Assembly: GCA_041752695.1 (NCBI GenBank)
Contig: JBGSVZ010000062.1
Coordinates: 53,456 to 117,455, forward strand
DNA: 64,000 bases
Direction: 5' to 3'
From: Terrimicrobiaceae bacterium
GTDB lineage: Bacteria > Verrucomicrobiota > Verrucomicrobiia > Chthoniobacterales > Terrimicrobiaceae
The position numbers and the translations under genes were made by a program. Shown in pieces: positions 8,244 to 19,803 of the stretch. Under the pieces are notes generated by a model. That model searched no databases, had not been told where the DNA came from, and worked only from the letters and a program-made list of their open reading frames with translations. The first letter of the stretch is position 1. Each line of letters opens with the position of its first letter.

Positions 8244-8275
8244 ATCAAGATTCGGTCGCACCTAAATTGACGTCC

Positions 8276-8707
8276 ATGAAACCTGCGGAACAAACCGGTT
8301 ACGAGGAGACGATCAGCCATAGCGGCCATCGTCTCACGCCCCAGCGCCGGGAAGTTTATGACGTGCTGCTGGCGGAGCGGGACCATCCGACGGCGACGGA
8401 AGTTTTTCTTCGGGCCAAAAAGCGCATGCCTTCGATCTCGTTGGCGACCGTCTATAATTGCCTGGAGACCCTTGTATCCTGCGGCTTGGCCAAGCAGGTC
8501 AATGTCGAGCGCGATGCGACCCGATATTGCCCGAACGTGCAGGAGCACGGGCACTTTCTTTGCGAGAACTGCGGACGGGTGATGGACGTTCCCCTGGCCC
8601 CGGGCAAGCACTTGGCCCGCCTCTGGAACCTTCCCGAGGGACTCACCGTCACCCACAGCGAAATCACCCTGCGAGGGCATTGCGGCGCCTGCTCCAGCAA
8701 ATCGTAA
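8276..8707 (+). CDS. Fur family transcriptional regulator, PerR-like
   Basis: [35 protein letters not shown]-terminal CxxC; true start is ATG 8276 (the ORF-track extension reads through the repeat). Confidence 0.92.
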   Translation: MKPAEQTGYEETISHSGHRLTPQRREVYDVLLAERDHPTATEVFLRAKKRMPSISLATVYNCLETLVSCGLAKQVNVERDATRYCPNVQEHGHFLCENCGRVMDVPLAPGKHLARLWNLPEGLTVTHSEITLRGHCGACSSKS

Positions 8708-8726
8708 ATCTACCATCTTAAATTTC

Positions 8727-9482
8727 ATGAGCCTCAGCATTCAAAATCTTCACGCCAACATCGGCGACCGCGAAATCCTCAAGGGACTCAACCTGGAGAT
8801 CCCCAAGGGGGAAGTTCATGCCATCATGGGCAAGAACGGTTCCGGCAAAAGCACTCTCGCCAAGGTGATGGCCGGTCATCCGACCTATGAATTGACGTCC
8901 GGAGATGTCCTGCTCGACGGGCAGAGCATCCTGGGCCTGGAGCCGGACGAACGCTCGCGCGCGGGTCTGTTTCTGGCATTTCAATACCCGATGGAAGTTC
9001 CGGGAGTGACCATTGCAAACTTTCTCCGGGCCGCCCTGCAAGCCCGCCTGGCGGAAGGTGAGGAGATCGACGCGGTGGCGTATTACAAACAGCTCTACGT
9101 CAAGATGGACGCGCTGAAGATTCCCCGCACGTTCACTTCGCGGTTCGTCAACGACGGGTTTTCCGGCGGCGAAAAAAAACGCTGTGAGATTCTTCAGATG
9201 GCCATGCTGGATCCGCTCTATGCCGTGCTTGATGAAACGGACAGTGGGCTGGACATCGACGCGCTCAAGATTGTCTCCGAGGGGGTGAATGCCTTGCGGG
9301 GCCCGGAGCGTGGCCTTCTGGTTATTACCCATTATCAACGCCTGCTCGATTACATCGTGCCCGATGTCGTCCATGTGATGGTCGACGGGCGTATCGTGAT
9401 GAGCGGAGAAAAGGATCTCGCCCTGAAACTCGAAGCCCAAGGCTACGACTGGGTGGACAAGGAAGTGGCCGCGGCGGCTTGA
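8727..9482 (+). CDS. sufC: Fe-S cluster assembly ATPase SufC
   Basis: [45 protein letters not shown]. Confidence 0.97.
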   Translation: MSLSIQNLHANIGDREILKGLNLEIPKGEVHAIMGKNGSGKSTLAKVMAGHPTYELTSGDVLLDGQSILGLEPDERSRAGLFLAFQYPMEVPGVTIANFLRAALQARLAEGEEIDAVAYYKQLYVKMDALKIPRTFTSRFVNDGFSGGEKKRCEILQMAMLDPLYAVLDETDSGLDIDALKIVSEGVNALRGPERGLLVITHYQRLLDYIVPDVVHVMVDGRIVMSGEKDLALKLEAQGYDWVDKEVAAAA

Positions 9483-9495
9483 ATAAGGAAAAATC

Positions 9496-10908
9496 ATGAG
9501 CACTGACACCAAACCCGACATCGGAATCGACCGTTCCGTCGGCGATTTTCGTTACAATGTCGATTACACGTACGACGCCGGCACGGGTCTGAACGCAAAG
9601 ACCATCGATTACATCGCGGACGTCAAAAACGACCCGGATTGGATTCGCGCTTTCCGTCATGAGGCGTACCGGAAGTTTCTTGAGAAACCCATGCCGACCC
9701 ACTGGGCGAGCAAGGACCTGGAGAACATCATTTTCGACAATATCCGGTATTATCTTTCGCAGGGCACGCAGCCCAGCCGGTCCTGGGACGATGTGCCCGA
9801 GGAAATGAAGCTCACCTTTGAACGACTGGGCATCCCCGAGCAGGAGCGCAAGTTCCTCGCGGGCGTCGAGGCGCAGTTCGACAGCGAAGCCGCCTATTCC
9901 AACATCAAGGCTGCGGTGGGCGAACAGGGCGTGATTTTTGTCGGTTCCACCGAGGGCCTGCAGAAACATCCCGAGATCTTCCGCAAGTGGTTTGGCAAGG
10001 TCATTCCGACGGGAGACAACAAATTCAGCGCGCTGAACAGTGCCGTCTTCTCCGGCGGATCGTTCATCTACGTGCCTCCGGGTGTGAAAGTGAAACATCC
10101 GCTCCAGGCTTACTTCCGCATCAACGCGGAGAACTTCGGCCAGTTCGAGCGCACCCTGATCATTGCCGATGAGGGCAGCGAGGTGATGTACATGGAGGGC
10201 TGCACGGCGCCGAAGTTTGAAACGTCCACTTTGCATAGCGCGGTGGTGGAACTGGTGGCGATGAAGGGGGCGAAGATTCAATACGTGACCGTGCAGAATT
10301 GGTCGCCCAACGTCTTTAACCTCGTGACCAAGCGCGGCCTTGCTCATGAGGAGGCTGAAATCAAATGGATCGATTGTAACATCGGGTCCCGCCTGACGAT
10401 GAAATATCCGGGCGTGGTAATGAAAGGCCGCAAAGCCCGTGGCGAGGTGATCTCCATCGCGCTGGCCAGTGACGGACAGCATCAGGACACCGGCGCAAAG
10501 ATGATTCATGCCGCCGATGAGACGACCAGCAACATTGTTTCCAAAAGCATCAGTGTGGGCACAGGGAGGTCCACCTATCGGGGTCTCGTTCACGTGCCGA
10601 AACACCTCAAGGGGTGCAAAAACAACACCGAGTGCGATGCGCTCCTGATTAATTCCCACAGCCGCACGGACACCTATCCCGCGATCTCCGTGCGCGGCCA
10701 GGGCAATGCCTGCCAGCACGAAGCGAGCGTCAGCCAGATCAGCGCCGAGCAGATCTTTTACATGCAGCAGCGTGGGATTTCCGAAGGCGCGGCCATGAGC
10801 CTTGCGGTCAACGGTTTTGTCAACGACCTCGTGCAGCAGTTCCCGATGGAATACTCCGTGGAGTTGAAACGCCTGATCGACCTCGAGATGGAGGGATCGG
10901 TCGGATGA
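9496..10908 (+). CDS. sufB: Fe-S cluster assembly protein SufB
   Basis: [40 protein letters not shown]. Confidence 0.97.
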   Translation: MSTDTKPDIGIDRSVGDFRYNVDYTYDAGTGLNAKTIDYIADVKNDPDWIRAFRHEAYRKFLEKPMPTHWASKDLENIIFDNIRYYLSQGTQPSRSWDDVPEEMKLTFERLGIPEQERKFLAGVEAQFDSEAAYSNIKAAVGEQGVIFVGSTEGLQKHPEIFRKWFGKVIPTGDNKFSALNSAVFSGGSFIYVPPGVKVKHPLQAYFRINAENFGQFERTLIIADEGSEVMYMEGCTAPKFETSTLHSAVVELVAMKGAKIQYVTVQNWSPNVFNLVTKRGLAHEEAEIKWIDCNIGSRLTMKYPGVVMKGRKARGEVISIALASDGQHQDTGAKMIHAADETTSNIVSKSISVGTGRSTYRGLVHVPKHLKGCKNNTECDALLINSHSRTDTYPAISVRGQGNACQHEASVSQISAEQIFYMQQRGISEGAAMSLAVNGFVNDLVQQFPMEYSVELKRLIDLEMEGSVG

Positions 10909-12188
10909 GTGCTGTGATGGACGATCTGAAAACGGAATCCGCAGCGAAGACCTGGCCCGAGTGGTTCGTCGATCAGCAGAACGCCGCGCTGGCGGACTTC
11001 GAAGCCACCCCGTCGCCGACCCGCAAGGATGAGCCCTGGCGCTTCGCCAGCATCGGCGCGCTGGATTTGTCCGCGTTTATTCCGGCGGCCCCGGTTTCCA
11101 GCGAAGGCCGTCTCATTAATGCCTCGGTGGGTGCGGCGGAGTTTTCCGCGAAGGTCGTCTTTGGGAATAACGTACTTTTGTTTCAGGACACCGAGCGGCT
11201 GCCTGCGGGGGTGTTGCTCAAGCCGCTGGAAGTTGCCGCGCGTGAGGATGAGGCGTTGTTTCGAAAATATTTCATGGCCCAGCCGGTGGAACTCGGTTCG
11301 CACAAATATGCCGCCCTGCACAAGGCGCGGTTGACGACCGGAGCCTTTCTTTACGTGCCCAAAAATACCGAGGTGGCCCTGCCCATCGAGCTTTTCCACT
11401 GGGTGGAGGGCGAAAATGCCTCGGTCTTTCCGCACACGCTGATCGTCTGCGGGGAGAACAGCAAGGTGACCGTGATTGATCGTTTTCAGAGTGCCGATGG
11501 CAAGCGGGCGTTCGCCTGCGGCGTGAATGACCTTCACCTCGAACGCGGCGCGCAGCTCACCTATGTGGCCGTGCAGGATTGGGCGCGGGAGTCGCTCGCC
11601 TTTCACATCAATTCCACCATCGTGGATCGCGACGCGTCCTCGACGGCGCTCAACGCGAACTTTGGAGGCGGCTTTGTCCGCGGCGAGTCGCTTAGCCGGA
11701 TGATTGGCGAAGGCGCGCGCAGTGTGATGCTGTCGCTCAATCCCATGGATGGGGCGCGTCAGATCGACCAGCGCACGCTGCAGGATCATGTGGCTCCCCA
11801 CGCGACGAGTGATCTGCTTTATCTCAACTCGCTCGATGGCACCACGCGCACAATTTTCGCTGGCCTGATCAAGGTGGGTGAGGGAGCCCATAAAACCGAT
11901 GCCTACCAGAAGGTGCGCAATCTTATGCTGAGCGACGAGGCCGAGGCCAATTCGATGCCGGGGCTGGAGATTCTGGCCGACGACGTACGCTGCACCCATG
12001 GTGCGACTGCGGGGGAGATCAACGACGACGAGTTGTTTTATCTCCAGGCGCGGGGAATCTCCAAAAATGCCGGACGCCGGTTGATTCAGAATGGGTTTTT
12101 CCAGTCGCTGCTTGAACGCTTGGAATCCGAGGAACTGCGTGCGTATCTTTCGCGCATGATCAGTGAAAATCTCGGTATTCCTGCTTGA
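10905..12188 (+). CDS. sufD: Fe-S cluster assembly protein SufD
   Basis: [33 protein letters not shown]; follows sufB. Confidence 0.93.
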   Translation: MSAVMDDLKTESAAKTWPEWFVDQQNAALADFEATPSPTRKDEPWRFASIGALDLSAFIPAAPVSSEGRLINASVGAAEFSAKVVFGNNVLLFQDTERLPAGVLLKPLEVAAREDEALFRKYFMAQPVELGSHKYAALHKARLTTGAFLYVPKNTEVALPIELFHWVEGENASVFPHTLIVCGENSKVTVIDRFQSADGKRAFACGVNDLHLERGAQLTYVAVQDWARESLAFHINSTIVDRDASSTALNANFGGGFVRGESLSRMIGEGARSVMLSLNPMDGARQIDQRTLQDHVAPHATSDLLYLNSLDGTTRTIFAGLIKVGEGAHKTDAYQKVRNLMLSDEAEANSMPGLEILADDVRCTHGATAGEINDDELFYLQARGISKNAGRRLIQNGFFQSLLERLESEELRAYLSRMISENLGIPA

Positions 12189-12317
12189 AGATCCAGGCAG
12201 CCGCCCACATTCGCAAGATTCCATCGTTGTTCCCCTCCGCCCGGGTGAGCACGGGTTTGGCTGTGGCTCTCCTACGGGCCACGTGCAAGGACAGGGAAGG
12301 GCCTGTTAAGAAAAAGC

Positions 12318-12391
12318 GTGGCTGCAGGAATTGTCGCCGCCCTGCTGTCGGAGAGCGTTCTCCCGGCGCGGCGACACAGCGCTGCGGCTAC
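12318..12391. repeat. REP-like inverted doublet
   Basis: GTGGCTGCAGGAATTGTCGCCGC and inverted GTAGCCGCAGCGCTGTGTCGCCGC. Confidence 0.55.
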
Positions 12392-12486
12392 CGTGAAACG
12401 AAAACCGCTTCAGGGAGCGCGGCTTCCTTTAACTTTGCCGCAGTTCCTCCCGACCGGGGTCGTCCGGAGACGGGTGCGTCCTATTG

Positions 12487-14403
12487 ATGTTTGCTAAACT
12501 TGGTCAGCTTGCGCCGTCGGCGCAGGTGCGAGTCTGGCTGGGAGCGCTGGGACTCGGGCTGATCTCCTACCTTGTCCTGGCAGACAAACCCTGGACGGTC
12601 CTTGTCCCCGACGACCGGCCAATGAAAGTCTCCGAGTTCGTCACGAAATACCTCTGGATTGCCGCAGCCATCAATCTTGGATTCACCGCGGTTCTGGCGG
12701 CGACGGCGGGCTGGTGGGCTGCGCCGTTTCGCGGCGAACTCTCAACGTTCAACGTTCAACGTTCAACGCCGAGATGGTTTTGGCCGCTGGTAATTTTTGC
12801 GATGGCCCTCACCGCCTGGCTGGGCTGGCCACGCCTGGGTCTCGGCGTCTGGCACGACGAGGCCACCCGCGTGAACAACACGATTGCGGGGCAGTTCAAA
12901 GCCAAGCCGGACGGCACATTTGTCTATCGGCCGGTGAAATGGCAGCAAACGTTTTTTTCCTTTGAGCTTCCCAACCACCTCCTGCAGACCGTGTTGAGTC
13001 GGGTGGCCAACGAAACCTGGAGGGCGGTGGCAAAACCGAAAGGCCTGCAATTCAGCGAGGTCGCGATCCGACTTCCCGGATATCTGGCGGGCCTGGTGGG
13101 ACTGGCGGGTCTCGCGGTCCTGGGGTGGCGGATCGGCTTTCCGGAGGCGGGAGTGGTGGCGGCCTTTCTCCTGGCGGTGCATCCTTGGTATCTCCGCTAC
13201 GTCGGCGAGGCTCGGGCGTATATTTTTGTGATGGCGCTCATGCCGGTGCTGGTGCTGAGTTTTCTCAACGCGGTGGAACGGGGGCGCTGGAGGTGGTGGG
13301 CGGCGTTTGCGGCGGTGGAGTTTTGCCTCATCTACCTCTACGCGGTCAGCGTGTGGATTGTCTTGGTGGCGAATGTCTGTGTGCTGGCGGCCTTGCTGGC
13401 ACGGTGGGGAGTCACCAGGGAGTTGGCGGGACAGCTTGGGAGGTGGCTTGTCTCCGGACTGCTCGCGGCGATGGCTTTGCTTCAGCTTATGTTGCCCTGC
13501 GTTCCGCAGTTTGTGACTTACGCGAACGAAAGCCTGGGGAGGAAAGGGGCCGACTCTCAGTGGATTGTAAGTTTTCTCTCCCATCTGCTGGCGGGCATCC
13601 CGTGGAGCTACACGCACTCCCGGGAGCCTTCCCCGTATCTGGAAATGATGCCCTGGTTCAGCCTTCACCCGGTTGCGGGCGGGTTGATCGTCGGGGTGTT
13701 CGGGGTGGGATTGGTGGCTGGCGGCATCCGTCTTCTCGGCAGGAAGTTGCCGGTGGCTCTGGTGCCCGTGATGCTCTTGCTTCCGGGGGCGTTTTATTAT
13801 TGGGAATCGATCAGCCGGGGGCGGCTTTTTCACGAATGGTATCTGATTTTTATTCTTCCCGGTTGTGCCCTGCTCGTCGCGCTGGGCTGGACCGCCGTCT
13901 CCCGCCGGGCGGGGATTTCCCTCGGTGTCGGCCTGGGAGCGGTGGCGCTGTTCGCCGTTTGGACCACGCCCCAGCGTGAGCTGTTGCGGTCGCGTTCCGT
14001 CCAGCCCAACCGGGAATCCGTGCTGCTGACGCGCCCGACTCTGGACCCGAACGATCCGCGCCAGCCGCATATTCTGACCGCGACCTTTTTTTCGCCGCCG
14101 GGGCCCTATGATCCCCGCATCGAGCGATTCACGACCATCCCCGAAATGGTCGGCCTGATGGAACGCGCCGACCGGGAGAACGCCTCCCTCTTTATCAATC
14201 TAGGTTTCCTGGAGACCGTCGCCATGGAACATCCGGCGAAATATGCCCTGGTAAAATCGCCCGCCCTTTTTACCCGGGTCGCCTTTCTCCCGGGCCTGCA
14301 CCCGGCGCTCTCCCGGGAGGTCTTCGCGTATGTCCCCGGGGCGGTCGCTGGAATTGATTTTTCCACTCTGAAAGACGATCCCTCCAGGAAATCGCACGAT
14401 TGA
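12487..14403 (+). CDS. GT-C fold membrane glycosyltransferase (GT39/PMT_2-like), paralogue 1
   Basis: LGLGVWHDEA acidic motif in the first loop, E..IRLP, HPWYLRYVGEARAY, many TM helices. Confidence 0.8.
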   Translation: MFAKLGQLAPSAQVRVWLGALGLGLISYLVLADKPWTVLVPDDRPMKVSEFVTKYLWIAAAINLGFTAVLAATAGWWAAPFRGELSTFNVQRSTPRWFWPLVIFAMALTAWLGWPRLGLGVWHDEATRVNNTIAGQFKAKPDGTFVYRPVKWQQTFFSFELPNHLLQTVLSRVANETWRAVAKPKGLQFSEVAIRLPGYLAGLVGLAGLAVLGWRIGFPEAGVVAAFLLAVHPWYLRYVGEARAYIFVMALMPVLVLSFLNAVERGRWRWWAAFAAVEFCLIYLYAVSVWIVLVANVCVLAALLARWGVTRELAGQLGRWLVSGLLAAMALLQLMLPCVPQFVTYANESLGRKGADSQWIVSFLSHLLAGIPWSYTHSREPSPYLEMMPWFSLHPVAGGLIVGVFGVGLVAGGIRLLGRKLPVALVPVMLLLPGAFYYWESISRGRLFHEWYLIFILPGCALLVALGWTAVSRRAGISLGVGLGAVALFAVWTTPQRELLRSRSVQPNRESVLLTRPTLDPNDPRQPHILTATFFSPPGPYDPRIERFTTIPEMVGLMERADRENASLFINLGFLETVAMEHPAKYALVKSPALFTRVAFLPGLHPALSREVFAYVPGAVAGIDFSTLKDDPSRKSHD

Positions 14404-14468
14404 GATTTGCGAGAGACGCGAATATTCCAGACAATAATTCTCGCGAAAAGTCCACCAACTCCCATCTC

Positions 14469-16409
14469 ATGCAGCAGTATCTTCGAAGACTTTCCCACGC
14501 CCGGCAGATCCAAATCGGGCTTGCGATCCTTGGCCTCGCGCTTTTGGCCTATTTGCTTTTTGCCGGAAAACCCTGGAACATTTCAGTGCCCGAAGGCAAA
14601 ACGCTAAAGGTCTCCCAGTTCGCCACGATCTATTTGTGGTATGCCGCGGCGGTTAATCTGGTCGTGACAGGACTCCTCGCCGCCACGGCGAAATGGTGGA
14701 GCGCGCCGCTCCAGATCACCCATCAAACATCGCAAATCCAACATCCCCGCCATCCCCGATGGTTCTGGCCGCTGGTGATCCTGGCCATGGCGATTACGGC
14801 GTTCACCGGCTGGCCGCGTCTCGGGCAGAGTCTCTGGCATGACGAGGCTTATCCGGTGCGGCGGGCGATTCTGGGAACCTACCGGACGCAGGACGACGGT
14901 TCGCTGAAACTCAAGAACGTCTCCTGGCAGGAAACGTTTTTTTACTACACCAAACCCAACCACATGCTGCACAGCGTGGTCTGCCGGATCTCGAATGACA
15001 CCTGGCGGTTCTTCGCCAAACCCAAGGGGCTGCAGTTTAATGAGGTGGCGCTCCGGCTTCCGACGTATCTGGCGGGCATCGCCAGCATTGCCTGCATTGC
15101 GCTTTTTGTGCGCAAGCTCGGGTATCCCTCAGCTGCCGTCATCGCGGCGTTTCTTTTCGCTCTTCACCCATGGCAGATTCGTTACGCCACGGAGGGTCGG
15201 GCCTATGCCTTCGTCTTCGTGCTGGTGCCCCTGCTTTTCTATTTTTTCCTTCAGGCCCTGGACCGGGGAAGGTGGCGATGGTGGATTGCCTTTGCGGCGA
15301 CCCAAGTGCTGCTGATGCACTCGTATCTGACCTGTATTCACATCCTGGTTGTCTTCAATCTTTGTGCTCCGCTGGTCATTTGGTGCAAATACGGGAAATC
15401 GCGGGAAGCCCTCCTGATGGGCACGCGCTGGTTTGTGGCCAACGTCTTTGCGGCCATGGCCTTCCTGCAATTGATGCTGCCCATCGTGCCGCAGCTCATT
15501 GCCTACCTCGACGAGACCCACGAACTGGGGGATGTCGATTATCGCTGGACGCAAAGTTTCCTCTCCCATCTGCTCAGCGGCCAGCCGTGGAGTTACACGC
15601 TGAAATATCAGACGCCTTACATTGAGATCTACCCCTGGGCGGTGGATCACCCGGGACTGTTTGTCCTGATTTGCCTTCTGGCCATCGGCTTCTTTGTCGC
15701 CGGCGTCCGCCGACTGATCGCGTACGGCCCCGTGCGCGGTCTGCTGGTCGTCCCGATGCTGCTTCCCGCGGTCGGGTGTTTCATTCAGATGCGGATTACC
15801 TCCGGACACATGTATGTCTGGTATATCATCTACATTTTGCCGGGCGCGGTAGCTCTCGCCGCGCTCGGACTTGACGAATTGATTTCCGGCACCCGTAACC
15901 GCTGGGGGAAAATCGTCGCCGTCGCCGGGGTGGCGGCTCTGCTCGCAGGCTATGCGGCCTGGACCGCCCCCCAGCGCGACCGCCTGATGGCCGGTCCACT
16001 CCAGCCCAACCGCGAGTCGGTTTTGCTGACACGCCCGACGCTGGATCCGAACGACCCGCGTCAGGACAAAATCATCACGTCCACGTTTTTCGGGGATCCT
16101 TATCCCTATGATCCCCGCATGGTGACCTTCCGTACCATGCCAAAATTTGCTGAGCTGATTCGTCAGGCGGACGCGGAGAACAAAGAGCTCTACGTGAATC
16201 TTGGATACCTTGTGACGGTCGAGGGCGAGCACATTCACAAATACGAATTCCTGAAAAATTCCGGCCTCTTCGAAGACCTTGGCATCCTCCGCGGATATCA
16301 GTCCCTCCAGTCGCGCCACGTCTTCCGCTACAAACCCGGCAGCGCCGCCGGCTTTGACTTCAACTCCGTGCCGCCGGATCGCGGCAGCCCGGGTCACGAT
16401 GAGGAGTAG
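14469..16409 (+). CDS. GT-C fold membrane glycosyltransferase, paralogue 2
   Basis: LGQSLWHDEA, EVALRLP, HPWQIRYATEGRAY; shares QPNRESVLLTRPTLDPNDPRQ with paralogue 1. Confidence 0.82.
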   Translation: MQQYLRRLSHARQIQIGLAILGLALLAYLLFAGKPWNISVPEGKTLKVSQFATIYLWYAAAVNLVVTGLLAATAKWWSAPLQITHQTSQIQHPRHPRWFWPLVILAMAITAFTGWPRLGQSLWHDEAYPVRRAILGTYRTQDDGSLKLKNVSWQETFFYYTKPNHMLHSVVCRISNDTWRFFAKPKGLQFNEVALRLPTYLAGIASIACIALFVRKLGYPSAAVIAAFLFALHPWQIRYATEGRAYAFVFVLVPLLFYFFLQALDRGRWRWWIAFAATQVLLMHSYLTCIHILVVFNLCAPLVIWCKYGKSREALLMGTRWFVANVFAAMAFLQLMLPIVPQLIAYLDETHELGDVDYRWTQSFLSHLLSGQPWSYTLKYQTPYIEIYPWAVDHPGLFVLICLLAIGFFVAGVRRLIAYGPVRGLLVVPMLLPAVGCFIQMRITSGHMYVWYIIYILPGAVALAALGLDELISGTRNRWGKIVAVAGVAALLAGYAAWTAPQRDRLMAGPLQPNRESVLLTRPTLDPNDPRQDKIITSTFFGDPYPYDPRMVTFRTMPKFAELIRQADAENKELYVNLGYLVTVEGEHIHKYEFLKNSGLFEDLGILRGYQSLQSRHVFRYKPGSAAGFDFNSVPPDRGSPGHDEE

Positions 16410-16579
16410 GGGGCGGCACGGAAGGGCCCCAGCCGAAATGGCAAACGGACCGAATGGTTCCGGGGCAGCGCCTCTTCTTCGGACTAGAATGGCAGCAGAT
16501 ATCCCGGCTGGCAGGGGTTGTTTCCTCCGCGTGTTTGAGCTTGAGCCCAGATTGAAAGACGGTTCTTCTCGTACCTCTC

Positions 16580-17497
16580 ATGTCCGTCTGTCCCCCGTCC
16601 TTGCAAGAAGTCGCGTGTCCGATTTGCCGCAAACCTGGGGGTGACGTGGTTTATGCCTTGGCCGGTGCCGAAGGCGGTGGGCGGACCGTTGTTCAGTGTC
16701 CGACCTGCGCGCTTCTGTTTGTAAGCCCCCGCATTTCCAGCGAGAGCATTGAGGCGAAGTACACCAGCAAGACGTATTTCGAACGTGAGGACAGTGCGAC
16801 GGGCTATCGGAATTACATTGAGGACCGTGATCTTCATCTGCTCTTTTTCCGGCGGCAGCTACGTGAGCTCGAAGAGTTGACCAGCAAGGGTCGGCTCTTG
16901 GATGTGGGCTGCGCGGGAGGGTTTTTGGTGGCGGAGGCCGTGCGTCGCGGCTGGCAGGCCGAAGGGGTGGAATTGTCCCCCTTTGCCTCCGAATATGCCC
17001 GGGAGACACTGGGTCTGAAAGTGGTAACGGGCAGCCTGCGCGGCTCGGCTTTGCCGTCCGGACAGTTTCGTGCGGTTTTTATGGATGACGTTATTGAGCA
17101 TTTTGAAGACCCCTTGATTGAGGCGGAGGAAGTGTGTCGTGTCCTCGAACCGGGAGGGTTTTTCATTCTCCACACGCCCAACGCGGCCAGCCCCTGGCGG
17201 CACCTGATGGGCAACAAGTGGGTGCACCTCAAGCCGGATGAACATCTGTTTTATTTTGACCCCGCCAGTTTGGGCCGGCTTTTGCACAAAGCGGGATTTG
17301 AGGTGGTTTCCGCGCGGGCCTGCAGCAAGGCCACCAATTTGCATTACATTTTTGGCGTGGCGGGCAAGCTGCTGCCGGGTCTGGCCGCGCTGATGGACCG
17401 CCTCTTTGGCCGGAGCGTTCTTTGGCGCAAGCCCTTTCCTTTTCGCGGCGGGGGTATGCAGGTGATTGCCCGCAAGCCACAAGCTCCCGGCGCGTGA
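16580..17497 (+). CDS. Class I SAM-dependent methyltransferase with N-terminal CxxC..CxxC
   Basis: CPIC, CPTC, LLDVGCAGG, DVIEHFEDP, PDEHLFYF. Confidence 0.9.
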   Translation: MSVCPPSLQEVACPICRKPGGDVVYALAGAEGGGRTVVQCPTCALLFVSPRISSESIEAKYTSKTYFEREDSATGYRNYIEDRDLHLLFFRRQLRELEELTSKGRLLDVGCAGGFLVAEAVRRGWQAEGVELSPFASEYARETLGLKVVTGSLRGSALPSGQFRAVFMDDVIEHFEDPLIEAEEVCRVLEPGGFFILHTPNAASPWRHLMGNKWVHLKPDEHLFYFDPASLGRLLHKAGFEVVSARACSKATNLHYIFGVAGKLLPGLAALMDRLFGRSVLWRKPFPFRGGGMQVIARKPQAPGA

Positions 17498-19803
17498 AAA
17501 CTTTCCCGGCCTTGATCGCCCGGATCAAACCGCATCTGCTTTGGCTCACATTGCTGGTGGTGGTCGCCGTTCTCCCGTTGGGCCGGTCACTGCTCTCCAC
17601 CACGGAGGTGCTCTCGGAGCAAAACACCGACGTGACTCTTCACTTCCTTTACTCGCGGGCTTTCGGCTTTGAAGAGATGGCGAAGGGTAACCTGCCCTTG
17701 TGGAATCCTTATATTTACAGCGGTATTCCCTACCTTGGCCAGTTTCAGTCGGCGTTGCTTTATCCTCCCAATCTCATTTTTCTGGTCCTGCCGTTGGCGA
17801 CCGCGATCAACTGGTCTTTCGCCCTTCACCTTTTTTTGCTGGGGGCGGGGATGTATTTCTGGGCGGTCTTCCGTGGGCTAAAATCGGCGGCGGCTTTTGT
17901 GGCTGGGGTGACGGCGATGTTGGGTGGGGCGGTGATGCTGCACATTTACGCCGGGCACCTTTCGAATGTGTGTTCGATCGCCTGGATCCCGTTCGTGCTC
18001 CTCGGGATTGACGGCTGGCTGAAGCGCCGCCACGCCGGATGGCTGGCCGTCTCCGCCGCCGCCGTGGCCCTGCAAATCTACGCGGGGCATCCCCAATACT
18101 TCTATTATACCGCGTTGGTGGCCGGTTTGTATTCCGTCGTGCACCTGCCCGGCACGCCGCGCGTGTGGATCGCGGCGCTTGGATTGGCGGCCATTTATCC
18201 GGTGGGGGCGATGCTCGCCTCGGCCCAGCTTATTCCCGGGATTACCGCGACCTCGGAGGCGGTGCGCAGTGGCGGTGTGGCCTACGAGTTTTCCGCCATG
18301 TTTTCCTTCCCTCCGGAAAACTTCCTCACCCTGCTGGCTCCGTGGGTTTTCGGCGACATGCGTGCGGTGCCGTATTGGGGGCGGTGTTATCTCTGGGAGA
18401 TGAGTGTGTTCGCGGGCACGGGCATGCTGGTCTTCGCCTGCTTCGGCGCTGGTCGGAAGTTGGAAAATGGCGGACGCCTCCGTCTGCTCATTGTGCTTGG
18501 GTGTGTGGTTGTGCTTGCGCTCGGAATGCACACGCCGCTGCACAAGATTCTGTATCAGGTCCTCCCTGGATTCAGTTCCTTCCGGGGTTCGTCAAAATTT
18601 ATCATCTTTGCTGCGCTTTTCCTAGCTCTGTTCGCGGGCCTTGGTTTCGACCGGCTGCTGCGCAGGGAAAAATTTCCGCGGCTGCTGGGCGCGGCCCTGG
18701 CCGTCCTCGGCCTCTTGCTACTGGGCGCGTCGTTTCTGATCACGGGTGATCGCCTGATGGGATTCGTGAATCTGATCGCGGCGACAAAAGAATCGTATCT
18801 CCATCCGGCGGCTTTCGAGCAGGGCACCCTCCTGGCCGCTGCGCAGGACATGGCGGGGCAATCGCTGCGGGTTTCGGGCGGCCTTTTCCTCGGATTCGCG
18901 GCGTTACTTTATGGCACGAATCGCTGGCGTTGGGCGGTGTGGGCGGTTGGGCTGGCTGCGGTGGCGGAGTTGGTCGTCTTCGCCCGCGGCACGGTGGCGA
19001 CCTTTCCGTTGGCAGATTTCACGTATCAGCCGGTGGCGGACTTTCTGAAAAATAACCCGGGCGACTTCCGCACTCTCAATCTTTTCAACGCCGACGCAGC
19101 CATGTTGCTGCGCAGTGAAAACATCTGGGGTTACGACCCCGGGGTGCTTAAACGGTATGCGCAGCTTCTGCACTTGAGCCAGGGCAACGATCCCGAGGCA
19201 GCGAACCAATACCTCTCGTTTCGAGCGGCCCACCCCATCCTCGCCATGCTGCGGTGCCGGTATGCGTTTGTGCCCAAAGAGGGTGGACAGATCGACGTCA
19301 CGACCATGGCGGATCCGTTCCCGCGTTTTGCATTGTATTCGCAATACCGTGTCCTGGCGGATTCCAAGGCGGTGCTGGGCGAGTTGAAATCCCCGTGGTT
19401 TGACTTGCGCAAGGAAGTCCTGCTCGAAACGGAACCCGTCCCCAAGCCGGAACACGAAACGCCGCGTCATAACATCCGGGTCGTGGATTCCTCCACCGAT
19501 CACTGGACGCTCGAAATCGAAACCGACCGCGCGGCGTTGCTGGTCATGACCGATTCGTATTCCCAGGATTGGCGCGCGATCGCCCTCCCGGGCAGCGTTC
19601 AGTCGAACTACACCCTCCAGCCGGCGAATTACGCCCTGCGGGCCATTCCCCTGGCGGCCGGGAAACATGCCCTGCGTCTGGAATACGTGCCGCGCGGATT
19701 CCGGGAAGGGATCGCGCTTTCCGTGATCACCCTCCTCGTGGTGGGTGTGGCTCTTTCCTGGCGGCCGCTTCGGGAACGACTTGATTTCGACAAAACTGCG
19801 TGA
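17494..19803 (+). CDS. YfhO-family (GT-C-like) membrane protein
   Basis: LPLWNPYIYSGIP, LYPPN, AGHPQY, C-terminal LLVMTDSYSQDWRA..ANYALRAIPLAAGKHALRLEY. Confidence 0.85.
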   Translation: MKTFPALIARIKPHLLWLTLLVVVAVLPLGRSLLSTTEVLSEQNTDVTLHFLYSRAFGFEEMAKGNLPLWNPYIYSGIPYLGQFQSALLYPPNLIFLVLPLATAINWSFALHLFLLGAGMYFWAVFRGLKSAAAFVAGVTAMLGGAVMLHIYAGHLSNVCSIAWIPFVLLGIDGWLKRRHAGWLAVSAAAVALQIYAGHPQYFYYTALVAGLYSVVHLPGTPRVWIAALGLAAIYPVGAMLASAQLIPGITATSEAVRSGGVAYEFSAMFSFPPENFLTLLAPWVFGDMRAVPYWGRCYLWEMSVFAGTGMLVFACFGAGRKLENGGRLRLLIVLGCVVVLALGMHTPLHKILYQVLPGFSSFRGSSKFIIFAALFLALFAGLGFDRLLRREKFPRLLGAALAVLGLLLLGASFLITGDRLMGFVNLIAATKESYLHPAAFEQGTLLAAAQDMAGQSLRVSGGLFLGFAALLYGTNRWRWAVWAVGLAAVAELVVFARGTVATFPLADFTYQPVADFLKNNPGDFRTLNLFNADAAMLLRSENIWGYDPGVLKRYAQLLHLSQGNDPEAANQYLSFRAAHPILAMLRCRYAFVPKEGGQIDVTTMADPFPRFALYSQYRVLADSKAVLGELKSPWFDLRKEVLLETEPVPKPEHETPRHNIRVVDSSTDHWTLEIETDRAALLVMTDSYSQDWRAIALPGSVQSNYTLQPANYALRAIPLAAGKHALRLEYVPRGFREGIALSVITLLVVGVALSWRPLRERLDFDKTA

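Noticed and set aside
7232..8275. N-terminal extension of the 491-aa ORF giving a Fur fusion with SLVTGHW repeats
   Set aside because: It is antisense to the DUF6498 gene and reads through the heptamer array; the Fur domain starts at ATG 8276.
16406..16530. Possible further GTAG-type REP doublet
   Set aside because: Too degenerate to align convincingly.
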